The notes under the pieces were generated by a model. That model saw nothing but the letters and a program-made list of their open reading frames with translations. It was not told the origin of the DNA and made no database searches. Below, in pieces: positions 9,006 to 17,371 of a stretch of 64,000 bases of DNA (positions are counted from its first letter, which is position 1; every line of letters begins with the position of its first letter). The position numbers and the translations under genes were made by a program. This stretch comes from Candidatus Parcubacteria bacterium (GTDB lineage Bacteria > Patescibacteriota > Microgenomatia > UBA12405). The stretch is taken from the NCBI GenBank assembly GCA_023396915.1, contig JAEWUV010000006.1, positions 21,129-85,128 on the forward strand, in the 5' to 3' direction.

Positions 9006-11270
9006 TTGGCAGTGGACTTTAGTTTTAACTCGGATATAATTAGTTGCTTGTTTATGAAAAAAAAGAATATTTTATCTAATCAAAAAGAAGTTGATGTACG
9101 TGATTTTGTATTTAAAAATATTACTCCATACGATGGAAACAGTGAATTTTTAACTGGTCCGAGCGAAAAGACTAAAAAACTTTGGGATAGATGTAAAGTT
9201 CTGTTGGATAAAGAAATTAAAAATGGTGGGGTATTGGATATAGACACAGAAACAGTTTCTACTATTACTAGTCATAAACCCGGTTATATTGATAAAAAAT
9301 TAGAAGTGATTGTCGGTTTGCAAACAGATGAAGCTTTGAAGAGGGCTATTAAGCCGGCTGGTGGAATTAGAGTAGTAATGAAGGCTTGTGAGGAAAATGG
9401 TAGAGAGGTTAATGATGAAATTGTTAAGGTTTTTACTGAATATAGAAAAACCCATAATGACGGTGTTTTTAGCGCTTATACTGAGGAAATGAGGCGACTA
9501 AGAAAGACAGGTGTATTAACTGGGCTGCCTGATGCTTATGCCAGAGGAAGAATTATTGGAGATTATAGGAGAGTTGCTTTGTATGGTGTGGATAAATTGA
9601 TTGAAGAAAAACAAAAGGATGAAGAGAAATTGTTAGGTGAAATGAATGATGAAAAAATTAGATTAAAGGAAGAAATCAGCGAACAGATATTGGCTTTGGG
9701 AATGATGAAACAGATGGCGTCAACTTATGGTTTTGACATTGGTAGACCGGCAGCCTCAGCTTCTGAAGCAATAGAATGGACTTATTTAGCCTATTTATCG
9801 GCAGTTAAAGAACATGATGGAGCGGCCATGAGTTTGGGTAATGTAAGTAGTTTTTTTGATATTTATATTGAAAAAGATATAAATAATGGGATTTTGACTG
9901 AAGAGAAAGCACAAGAATTAATTGATCAATTTGTGATTAAACTTAGATTGGTCCGACATTTAAGAACGTCGGAGTATAACGAGTTATTTGCTGGTGACCC
10001 GACATGGATTACTGAATCTTTGGGGGGATGTTGGAATAATGGTAAACATAAAGTAACAAAAACTACATATAGATTTTTACAAACTCTTTATAATTTGGGA
10101 CCATCACCAGAGCCGAATATGACTGTGTTATGGTCAGAGAATTTACCTGAAGAATTTAGGAAATTTTGTGCTAAGGTTTCGATTGATACTTCATCCATTC
10201 AATATGAGAATGATGATTTGATGAGAGAATGTGGTTGTACTGATGATTATGGGATTAGTTGTTGTGTGTCAATGTTGGAAACTGGAAAGCAAATGCAGTT
10301 TTTTGGAGCCAGATGTAATATCGCCAAAGCTTTATTATTGTCTTTAAATGAGGGTGTTGATGAGATAACCGGAATTAAAATTTTAGATATTGATGCAGTT
10401 CCTGGAAAATATTTGGATTACAAGGAAGTTTGGAAAAGATATAAAAAGACTTTGTCTTTTTTGGCTGAAAATTACGTAAATACTATGAATATCATTCATT
10501 ATATGCATGATAAATATTACTATGAGAGAGCTCAGATGGCATTGTTGGATACTGAAGTGAAAAGAGTGATGGCCTTTGGTGCAGCTGGTTTTTCAGTAGC
10601 TGTTGATTCTTTGTCGGCGATAAAATATGCCAAGGTTAAGGCGGTTAGAAACGATCAAGGAGTGGCGACAGACTTTGAGGTCATAGGTGATTTTCCAAAA
10701 TATGGTAATGATGATGATAGGGTTGATAATATTGCCAAAGAGGTGGTGGAGTTTTTCAATAATGAGTTGAAAAAACATCATATTTATAGGGATGCTGTAC
10801 CGACTTTGTCAATTTTGACAATTACTTCAAATGTAGTTTATGGCCATAAAACCGGAGCTACTCCGGATGGAAGAAAAGCTGGTGCACCTTTTGCTCCGGG
10901 AGCCAATCCGATGCATGGTAGAGATACTAGTGGGGCGATTGCATCGTTAAATTCGGTAACAAAATTAGGTTATGAGAATGCTCGTGATGGAATTTCTAAT
11001 ACTTTTTCGACAACCACGAAGACTTTGGGTGGTACTTTGGATGAAAAAGAAAATAATTTAATGAAATTATTGGATGGTTATTTTAAGAAAGGTGGACATC
11101 ATTTGAATGTCAATGTAATGGATAAATCAACCTTACTTAAAGCAATGAAGCATCCGGAAAATTATCCGCAATTGACAATTAGGGTTTCTGGTTATGCAGT
11201 TAATTTTATTAAATTAACTCGTGAACAGCAGGAAGAAGTACTAGCCAGAACTTTTTTTGAATCAATGTAA
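9006..11270 (+). CDS. pflB: formate C-acetyltransferase (pyruvate formate-lyase)
   Basis: Near full-length similarity to E. coli PflB. Glycyl radical motif RVSGYAV near the C-terminus. Active-site CC region (GISCCVS) present. By alignment the true start is probably the internal Met near 9054 ([18 protein letters not shown]...). Confidence 0.9.
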   Translation: MAVDFSFNSDIISCLFMKKKNILSNQKEVDVRDFVFKNITPYDGNSEFLTGPSEKTKKLWDRCKVLLDKEIKNGGVLDIDTETVSTITSHKPGYIDKKLEVIVGLQTDEALKRAIKPAGGIRVVMKACEENGREVNDEIVKVFTEYRKTHNDGVFSAYTEEMRRLRKTGVLTGLPDAYARGRIIGDYRRVALYGVDKLIEEKQKDEEKLLGEMNDEKIRLKEEISEQILALGMMKQMASTYGFDIGRPAASASEAIEWTYLAYLSAVKEHDGAAMSLGNVSSFFDIYIEKDINNGILTEEKAQELIDQFVIKLRLVRHLRTSEYNELFAGDPTWITESLGGCWNNGKHKVTKTTYRFLQTLYNLGPSPEPNMTVLWSENLPEEFRKFCAKVSIDTSSIQYENDDLMRECGCTDDYGISCCVSMLETGKQMQFFGARCNIAKALLLSLNEGVDEITGIKILDIDAVPGKYLDYKEVWKRYKKTLSFLAENYVNTMNIIHYMHDKYYYERAQMALLDTEVKRVMAFGAAGFSVAVDSLSAIKYAKVKAVRNDQGVATDFEVIGDFPKYGNDDDRVDNIAKEVVEFFNNELKKHHIYRDAVPTLSILTITSNVVYGHKTGATPDGRKAGAPFAPGANPMHGRDTSGAIASLNSVTKLGYENARDGISNTFSTTTKTLGGTLDEKENNLMKLLDGYFKKGGHHLNVNVMDKSTLLKAMKHPENYPQLTIRVSGYAVNFIKLTREQQEEVLARTFFESM

Positions 11271-11275
11271 GATTT

Positions 11276-12103
11276 ATGTTAAAACAAATTTTGGGAAAGG
11301 AAAGTTTTTCACCTGAGGAGATGGGTCAGAATTTAGATATTGTGGCTTTGAAAAAAGTAAGTTATCCATGGGTAAAAACGTTTATTTTGGCTGTTTTGGC
11401 TGGTATTTTTATTTCGTTTGGGGCAATGTTTTCGACTGTCGTTGGTTCTGGCTCTAGTAATTTTTATGGTTTATCTAGGTTGTTGGTTGGACTGTCATTT
11501 AGTTTAGGGTTAATTTTAGTAATATTGAGTGGAGCTGAATTATTTACCGGATCGACAATTGTGTCTGTCGGAGTGGCGAATAAAAAAATTAGATTATCGA
11601 AGTTATTTACTAATTGGTTGTTGGTTTATCTGGGAAATTTTATCGGTTCATTTTTAATTGCGTTATTGGTTTTTTGGGGTAAACAATATATGTTTGGTAA
11701 CGGATTAGTTGGAATAAATGCTGTTAATACAGTATTATCCAAATTACATCATACTTTTGGTGAGGCAATTGCTTTGGGAGTTTTGTGTAATATGTTGGTT
11801 TGTTTGGCTATTTGGTTAACTTATAGTACGAAATCAGTGTCGGGGAAAATATTGGTGTTAACGTTTCCAGTTACCGCTTTTGTAGCGGCAGGATTTGAGC
11901 ATAGTGTGGCTAATATGTATTTTTTCCCGATGGCTTTGTTGATTAAAAATTTTGATTTAAGTTTTACAGGATTGGTTGATATGTCTAGTTTAACTTGGGG
12001 TCATTTTTTGATTAGTAATTTGTTACCGGTAACTATAGGAAATATTATTGGAGGAGTTTTTATTTGGTTGATATTAAATTTTTTGTATAAAAAACATGCT
12101 TAG
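11276..12103 (+). CDS. focA: formate/nitrite transporter family (FocA-like formate channel)
   Basis: FNT-family hydropathy and motifs (GAELFTG, FEHSVANMYF). Sits between pflB and pflA. Confidence 0.85.
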   Translation: MLKQILGKESFSPEEMGQNLDIVALKKVSYPWVKTFILAVLAGIFISFGAMFSTVVGSGSSNFYGLSRLLVGLSFSLGLILVILSGAELFTGSTIVSVGVANKKIRLSKLFTNWLLVYLGNFIGSFLIALLVFWGKQYMFGNGLVGINAVNTVLSKLHHTFGEAIALGVLCNMLVCLAIWLTYSTKSVSGKILVLTFPVTAFVAAGFEHSVANMYFFPMALLIKNFDLSFTGLVDMSSLTWGHFLISNLLPVTIGNIIGGVFIWLILNFLYKKHA

Positions 12104-12821
12104 AGTTCATTCGATAGAAACTTTTGGAACTCACGATGGTCCGGGCTTACGGTTGGTAATATTTTTACAAGGTTGTGGTCTTCGTTGCTTGTATTGTCAT
12201 AATCCTGATTTATGGGAACGTTGCGGTGGTAAGTTAATGAAAAGATCAGACTTAATTAAAACCGCTGAGAAACAAAGAGAGTATTTTGGTAAAAATGGTG
12301 GGGTGACGGTTTCTGGGGGTGAACCAACTTTACAAGTAAAAAATTTAACTAAGTTATTTATTTCACTAAAAAAAAGAGGAATTAATACAGCTTTGGACAC
12401 TAATGGAATAATTGTCTCTAAAGAGGTTAAGAGGCTATATCGTTATAGTGATTTAGTGTTGCTTGACGTAAAACATATAGATGAAAAAATGCATATTAAA
12501 TTAACTGGGGCTTCGAATGGGAATGTATTTAAAATGGCTGAATTTAGGGAGAAAAGCGGAAAAGATATGTGGATAAGATATGTGTTGGTGCCGGGGTGGA
12601 ATGATAGTGACAAATATTTAAGACAATTTGGAGAGTATTTTAAGAATTACAAAACGATAAAAAAAATAGAGATACTCCCCTATCATACTTTGGGAGTGTA
12701 TAAATATAAGGAATTAGGGTTGAAATATAAATTGTCTAAGGTTAAACCACCAACTAAGGAAAACATTGAAAACGCTAAAAAAATATTGAGCGAATATTTT
12801 TCGAATGTAACGGTAGAATGA
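12096..12821 (+). CDS. pflA: pyruvate formate-lyase activating enzyme
   Basis: Radical SAM motif CGLRCLYC and GGVTVSGGEP. Similar in size and order to PflA. Confidence 0.9.
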   Translation: MLRVHSIETFGTHDGPGLRLVIFLQGCGLRCLYCHNPDLWERCGGKLMKRSDLIKTAEKQREYFGKNGGVTVSGGEPTLQVKNLTKLFISLKKRGINTALDTNGIIVSKEVKRLYRYSDLVLLDVKHIDEKMHIKLTGASNGNVFKMAEFREKSGKDMWIRYVLVPGWNDSDKYLRQFGEYFKNYKTIKKIEILPYHTLGVYKYKELGLKYKLSKVKPPTKENIENAKKILSEYFSNVTVE

Positions 12822-12846
12822 TGTTATAATAACAGCACTTTTATAT

Positions 12847-12917
12847 TGCCCTGTCGTCTAATGGTAGGACATCAGCCTTTGGAGCTGAGTATTGTGGTTC
12901 GAATCCATGCAGGGCAA
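12847..12917 (+). tRNA. tRNA-Gln(TTG)
   Basis: U1-A72 acceptor pair TGCCCTG/CAGGGCA. Anticodon arm cagc-CTTTGGA-gctg. T-loop GGTTCGAATCC. Confidence 0.7.
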
Positions 12918-12946
12918 CATTGTATAGGTGATATAATGCTGACTAT

Positions 12947-14164
12947 ATGAAAGGGACTGTTATTTTTGGAATTACTGGGGGAATTGCTGCGTTTAAATCA
13001 ATAGAGTTGGTTAAGGAACTTAAAAACGAGGGATTGGATGTGCATGTAGTTATGACGAAACACGCGACAGAGATGATTTCACCTAAAGAATTTAAGTTGG
13101 TTTCGGGGAATTTGGTTATCACAAAACTGTTTGGGAAAGATTTTGATTATAAAAAAATTTTGGAAAATAAAGATGTTAAACATATTTCTTTGGCAGAAAA
13201 GGCTAATGTTATGGTTATCTGTCCGGCAACGGCTAATATTATTTCAAAATTAGCCAATGGAATTGCGGATGATTATTTGACAACTACGGCATTAGCGGTA
13301 ACTTCCCCTATTATTATTTGTCCAGCGATGAATGTTAATATGTGGAACAACCCGATAGTACAGGAAAATTTGGAAAAATTAAGAAAAAGGAATTTCTATA
13401 TAGTGGAACCTGAAAAAGGGATGTTAGCCTGTGGCTATGAAGGAATGGGAAGATTGGCTGAGATTAAAAAAGTAAAACAAGAAGTTTTGAATTGTCTTAA
13501 TCAAAAAAAATCTTTGAAGGGTAAAAAAGTTATCGTAACGGCGGGTGGAACTGTGGAAAAAATTGATGATGTGAGAGTAATTACAAACAGGAGTTCTGGA
13601 AAAATGGGGGTGGCTATTGCTGAAGAGTGCTTTTTGAGAGGTGCAGAAGTTTTATTGTTGCGGGCGAAAAATTCTGTTGCGCCACGTTATTGTATTAATG
13701 AAAAAACTTTTACAACAGCTGATGGACTGTTGAAAATGGTTGAGTCAAATGTAAAAAAATATGATTATTTTTATCATGCGGCGGCAGTGTCGGATTTTAA
13801 ACCGGAAGTTCAAATAAAAGGTAAATTATCCAGTAAGAAAACGGTAATAATAAAATTAAAGCCTCAAGTAAAAATTCTGGATAGAATTAAAGAATTTAAT
13901 CCGTCTATACGTTTGATTGCGTTTAAGGCAGAGTGTATATCAGATCAAGGAAAGCTTGGTAATGTTGCTTTTAAAAGACTTAAAGAATCTAATTCTGATG
14001 TAATTATTGCCAATGATGTGGGTAAAAGAAGTAGAGGTTTTGAGGTTGATACTAATGAAGTAATGATTATTTTTGCAGACGGGGAGAAAGTATTCGTACC
14101 ATTGTCTGATAAGCGAAAAGTTGCCCAACAAATTGTTGAGTCTGTTTCTAAAAAATTAATTTAA
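12947..14164 (+). CDS. coaBC: bifunctional phosphopantothenoylcysteine decarboxylase / phosphopantothenate-cysteine ligase
   Basis: N-terminal flavoprotein domain (GITGGIAAFKS, PAMNVNMW). C-terminal CoaB domain (GGTVEKIDDVRVITNRSSGKMG, KLKPQVKIL). Confidence 0.85.
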   Translation: MKGTVIFGITGGIAAFKSIELVKELKNEGLDVHVVMTKHATEMISPKEFKLVSGNLVITKLFGKDFDYKKILENKDVKHISLAEKANVMVICPATANIISKLANGIADDYLTTTALAVTSPIIICPAMNVNMWNNPIVQENLEKLRKRNFYIVEPEKGMLACGYEGMGRLAEIKKVKQEVLNCLNQKKSLKGKKVIVTAGGTVEKIDDVRVITNRSSGKMGVAIAEECFLRGAEVLLLRAKNSVAPRYCINEKTFTTADGLLKMVESNVKKYDYFYHAAAVSDFKPEVQIKGKLSSKKTVIIKLKPQVKILDRIKEFNPSIRLIAFKAECISDQGKLGNVAFKRLKESNSDVIIANDVGKRSRGFEVDTNEVMIIFADGEKVFVPLSDKRKVAQQIVESVSKKLI

Positions 14165-14647
14165 AATTTTTTGGAGTTTTAATTTTAATTCTTTTTCTCC
14201 ATCAGTATTGTTGATTATTTGTTTGTAATTTATTTTTGGTTTTTCAAATATGGTGGTCATTTTTTGGGAATATTTAATATCGAGAGGATATTCAAGTCTG
14301 GCCAAAAGACGTCTTTCTCGAACTGATTTGTTGGCTTTGATAAAAATAAATTGAGTATTTGGAATTTGGTTTAAAAAATGTTCTCGATATTTTTCTTTTA
14401 TAAAAGTTTGGGAAATAACAAGGTTTTTGTAATTTTTTGATAGTTTTTTAGTTTTCTGAGTAAGTCTTTTGAAAAAAAGATTTCTCATAGAGTCGTCGAT
14501 TGGAAGTTTTTTAAAAATTGCTTGTTTCATGATTTTTGGTAAACTGCAATCGCCATCATAATGGTAAAAGCCAAAATCACTTTGGAGTAAATCTCCGATA
14601 TAACTTTTTCCGGCACCAGGTAGACCGAAAAGAACAATAATTTTCAT
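14156..14647 (-). CDS. P-loop kinase (gluconokinase/shikimate-kinase-like fold)
   Basis: Walker A LFGLPGAGKSY at the N-terminus. Small 163-aa NMP-kinase-like size. Substrate not assignable. Confidence 0.5.
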   Translation of the reverse strand: MKIIVLFGLPGAGKSYIGDLLQSDFGFYHYDGDCSLPKIMKQAIFKKLPIDDSMRNLFFKRLTQKTKKLSKNYKNLVISQTFIKEKYREHFLNQIPNTQFIFIKANKSVRERRLLARLEYPLDIKYSQKMTTIFEKPKINYKQIINNTDGEKELKLKLQKILN

Positions 14648-14668
14648 GAAAGGAATTATACTTTATTT

Positions 14669-16498
14669 TTACAATCCTGATTGAACGAAATCTCCATAAG
14701 AACCTATATCTCCGATACTGGTGGCATCTTTAATTCCGATATAAATCCATTTGACAGGGATGATAGCAAATGAGTATTTATTTGATTCTATTTGACGATA
14801 ATAACCATGAGAATATATTTGTTTTAAGACTTTTGCTCCATTTTTGTAACTGGTATTTAAATTTGCTGTTATTTGTCGGCCAAATTCAGCCAGTTCTTCA
14901 ATTCCTTCACGTTTGAGTTCGGGAGATAATTTTCTCTCTTTTGGGGTTTCTGTGGTGGATTCTTGACCGGTTAGCCATTCAACAACTCTTTGTTTAGTAT
15001 GGTACATAGCTTTCACTTCTGTTTCGAGTTGTTTGTCTTCAGTAATTCCTTTTCGGACAACAAGGTCAACAGAGTGGCCGTGAACATATAACCTATCAAG
15101 TTTGAGATAACTAGCAAGGGCAATAGCATTTTGATAAATTGAATAAGCATCTGAACTTTTATATATTTTTATATAATGTGGAATTTCTCCTATTTTTTGT
15201 AATTCTGAAACTACTTCACATAATTCTTCGTGTCCAGTACCCATACTACTAAATCTCCCTTTAACGACATCTTTGAGATATGCTAATTTACTTTTGGTAT
15301 CTCCGGAAATTTCATAATGGGTTTTAACTCCAAATGATTTTAAGATATCTAATTGTTTTGTAATTTGGGGAACGATTTGTTGGTATAGCTCTGAAGGATA
15401 TTTTTGGAGATATTGAATTCCATTAATGATAATGTATTCATACTGGGAAGCTACTTGTTTTAGTTCAGCATCGGAGCAGTTAAACATAGGAGGGGTTTCG
15501 GCAGAGTTACCGTTTTGATCGAAATACTTAGTAGTGAAAATAATTCTATCTGTAATATCTTTTGATTCTATTATTTGACCATTAAACTCAATTTTTGTTT
15601 TAGCTGGTATTTTGATAGGATAATTTTTTCTGATTGGATGACTTGGGTTAACACTTTCATTATCAGTAATTAAGTGAACTTCCATACCTTTTTCTGAAAA
15701 ATGAAGGAATTTAACTGGTCTTTTGTAGGCACTGGCTTGGTCTGGAGAATTATATTCGGTATAAACTGTACAATTTTCTTCTCCAATGCCGGTTAGAAAG
15801 TCGGTTGATTGAGCTGAGGCCCCTCCAACTTTATTAAAATATTTTGGAAAAGTTGTTTCTACCCAATCAGCTAATTTTTTATCCGAAATGGAGGCTCGAC
15901 TTACACGATATTTAAATGTTCTTAGAATAAAACCAATTACTTGGGCTTTAGTTTTAGCCTCTGTGGAAACATTTGTTGAATCTTCAGGTTCATCTAAAAA
16001 TGTTTGAATTTCTTGTATGACTTGTTCTTTGGATGTTCCTGGTTCGTTGCTGGCATCTTCAATTGCTAAATTAATTGTTTCTTGAGAAAACTGACGGACA
16101 CAATCAACACAAGAATAAAAAGCGGTTAAAATTTTTTTGTGGGTTGGAGGTAAATCTTGGCTTTCGGTAAATAATTTGCCCATGTTTTCTATCATTCTAG
16201 CGAAGATGTGCGGTTGAGTAATTCCGGCTGTTTTTTTATCGACCAAAGCACTAGTATCTAAAAGTTCTTGAATAGATTGTGGTGATGGGAATCTTCCTCC
16301 TTGGTTTTTAAGAGCATCGGAGATTTTTTTATAAGTTTCTGGTCTAGCATCGAAGTGATTTGAATCATTCCCCAGAGTTTGTCCGTCAAGTTGAATACTA
16401 ACAGATGGCAATAATTCTAGCGATTGTCGTAGTTGGAGGACTTGAGATCTATTAATTTCACCTGTGATGAAATTGGTTTCTAACATTTCAGCAGGCAT
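14669..16498 (-). CDS. large uncharacterised protein whose C-terminal half resembles ADP-dependent sugar kinases (ADP-PFK/GK family)
   Basis: The C-terminal half (HYEISGD...SSMGTGHEEL...HGHSVDLVV...IGDIGSYGDF) resembles ADP-dependent kinase family motifs as recalled. The N-terminal ~300 aa have no recognisable domain. Weak, memory-based call. Confidence 0.3.
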   Translation of the reverse strand: MPAEMLETNFITGEINRSQVLQLRQSLELLPSVSIQLDGQTLGNDSNHFDARPETYKKISDALKNQGGRFPSPQSIQELLDTSALVDKKTAGITQPHIFARMIENMGKLFTESQDLPPTHKKILTAFYSCVDCVRQFSQETINLAIEDASNEPGTSKEQVIQEIQTFLDEPEDSTNVSTEAKTKAQVIGFILRTFKYRVSRASISDKKLADWVETTFPKYFNKVGGASAQSTDFLTGIGEENCTVYTEYNSPDQASAYKRPVKFLHFSEKGMEVHLITDNESVNPSHPIRKNYPIKIPAKTKIEFNGQIIESKDITDRIIFTTKYFDQNGNSAETPPMFNCSDAELKQVASQYEYIIINGIQYLQKYPSELYQQIVPQITKQLDILKSFGVKTHYEISGDTKSKLAYLKDVVKGRFSSMGTGHEELCEVVSELQKIGEIPHYIKIYKSSDAYSIYQNAIALASYLKLDRLYVHGHSVDLVVRKGITEDKQLETEVKAMYHTKQRVVEWLTGQESTTETPKERKLSPELKREGIEELAEFGRQITANLNTSYKNGAKVLKQIYSHGYYRQIESNKYSFAIIPVKWIYIGIKDATSIGDIGSYGDFVQSGL

Positions 16499-16560
16499 AA
16501 TATATTTTTTTTTATAAACCTGAAGTTGATTTTAGCACTTATAGGCTTATTTTTAAAGTT

Positions 16561-17055
16561 TTATCTTCTTGTAAAAAAGTGACTTAATATTTGTCTAATT
16601 TTAGATGATTGGTTTTGACTAATAATACGGAATGGTCCTGTATATTCAGTGATGTTTGTAAGTAAATTATCTGTTTGAACAATAATTAACTTAGTTTTAT
16701 TAAAATTAAATATATGAAAACAATATGATTTTTCTGTTGTTTTACTGCCTTCAAAAGCTTGTATAAGATTAGATTCTTCTATCGGTGGAGGGAGTTCTTC
16801 TATATTGTCGTCGGTAATTTTAATTACTGCATTTTTTTGGATTTGTTGGATTAATGTGTTTTCATCAGTTGTGTCATTGTGTTTTAGTGTAGATGTTATT
16901 AGTGGGTTTATATATATTTCTAGGTGGTCATTATATATGGCGCAAACACCTCCGTTAGTAATATAATTTGTTGCTTCGTTTGGTGTTAAAACAATATGTC
17001 CAGGAATATAATTTATTTGGTTTTCTGGTTGGGGATTGTCCTTAATAATTTCCAT
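16561..17055 (-). CDS. hypothetical protein (164 aa)
   Basis: Intact ORF with codon usage like its neighbours. No recognisable motifs. Confidence 0.4.
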   Translation of the reverse strand: MEIIKDNPQPENQINYIPGHIVLTPNEATNYITNGGVCAIYNDHLEIYINPLITSTLKHNDTTDENTLIQQIQKNAVIKITDDNIEELPPPIEESNLIQAFEGSKTTEKSYCFHIFNFNKTKLIIVQTDNLLTNITEYTGPFRIISQNQSSKIRQILSHFFTRR

Positions 17056-17233
17056 AAAAATGGCGAAATTCGTATTCGCTGGAGTATAACATATATATAA
17101 AATTTGGTTTTTTAGTGTTTTTGGGATGTGAAAAACGGTATTGGTAGTGTTTGATATACATTTCCTTAGTTTTATCCCCTACTATAATTTTTTGAAAAAA
17201 ATATACTGGTAAATACATTAGAAATAAATAATG

Positions 17234-17320
17234 AATTGGGTGTAATTCCCAAACTGTGCCGCAACGGTTAAAGTCCGATCTTATTTATTTTATTAGTTAG
17301 TCCGAGCCAGACTGTCTTTT
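17234..17320 (+). promoter_or_regulatory. cobalamin (B12) riboswitch-like aptamer in the nrdD 5' leader
   Basis: 17238-17278 GGGTGTAATTCCCAAACTGTGCCGCAACGGTTAAAGTCCGA matches the conserved cobalamin riboswitch core (GGTG.AAT.CC....CTG.CCGCAAC.GT.AA). 17299-17316 AGTCCGAGCCAGACTGTC is B12-box-like. Confidence 0.55.
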
Positions 17321-17336
17321 TGATTAATTTTTTAAG

Positions 17337-17360
17337 CCTGGTCAAGACCAGGTTTTTTTA
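17337..17360 (+). terminator. intrinsic terminator / riboswitch expression platform upstream of nrdD
   Basis: Hairpin CCTGGT-CAAG-ACCAGG followed by T7, ending 12 nt before the nrdD ATG. Confidence 0.6.
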
Positions 17361-17371
17361 TTAATAAAATT

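Noticed and set aside
8993-9054. ZTP (pfl-motif) riboswitch upstream of pflB
   Set aside because: Only ~60 nt separate tRNA-Leu from the likely pflB start. Neither the GGGTCGTGACTGGCG-like nor the CCGGGCGCCTGGGCA-like ZTP element is present.
17070-17110. Possible NrdR box (ACATATATATA) upstream of nrdD
   Set aside because: It is not a 16-bp palindrome and has no second box at ~31-32 bp spacing. It is AT-rich promoter sequence, and the riboswitch-like leader is the better-supported regulatory element.
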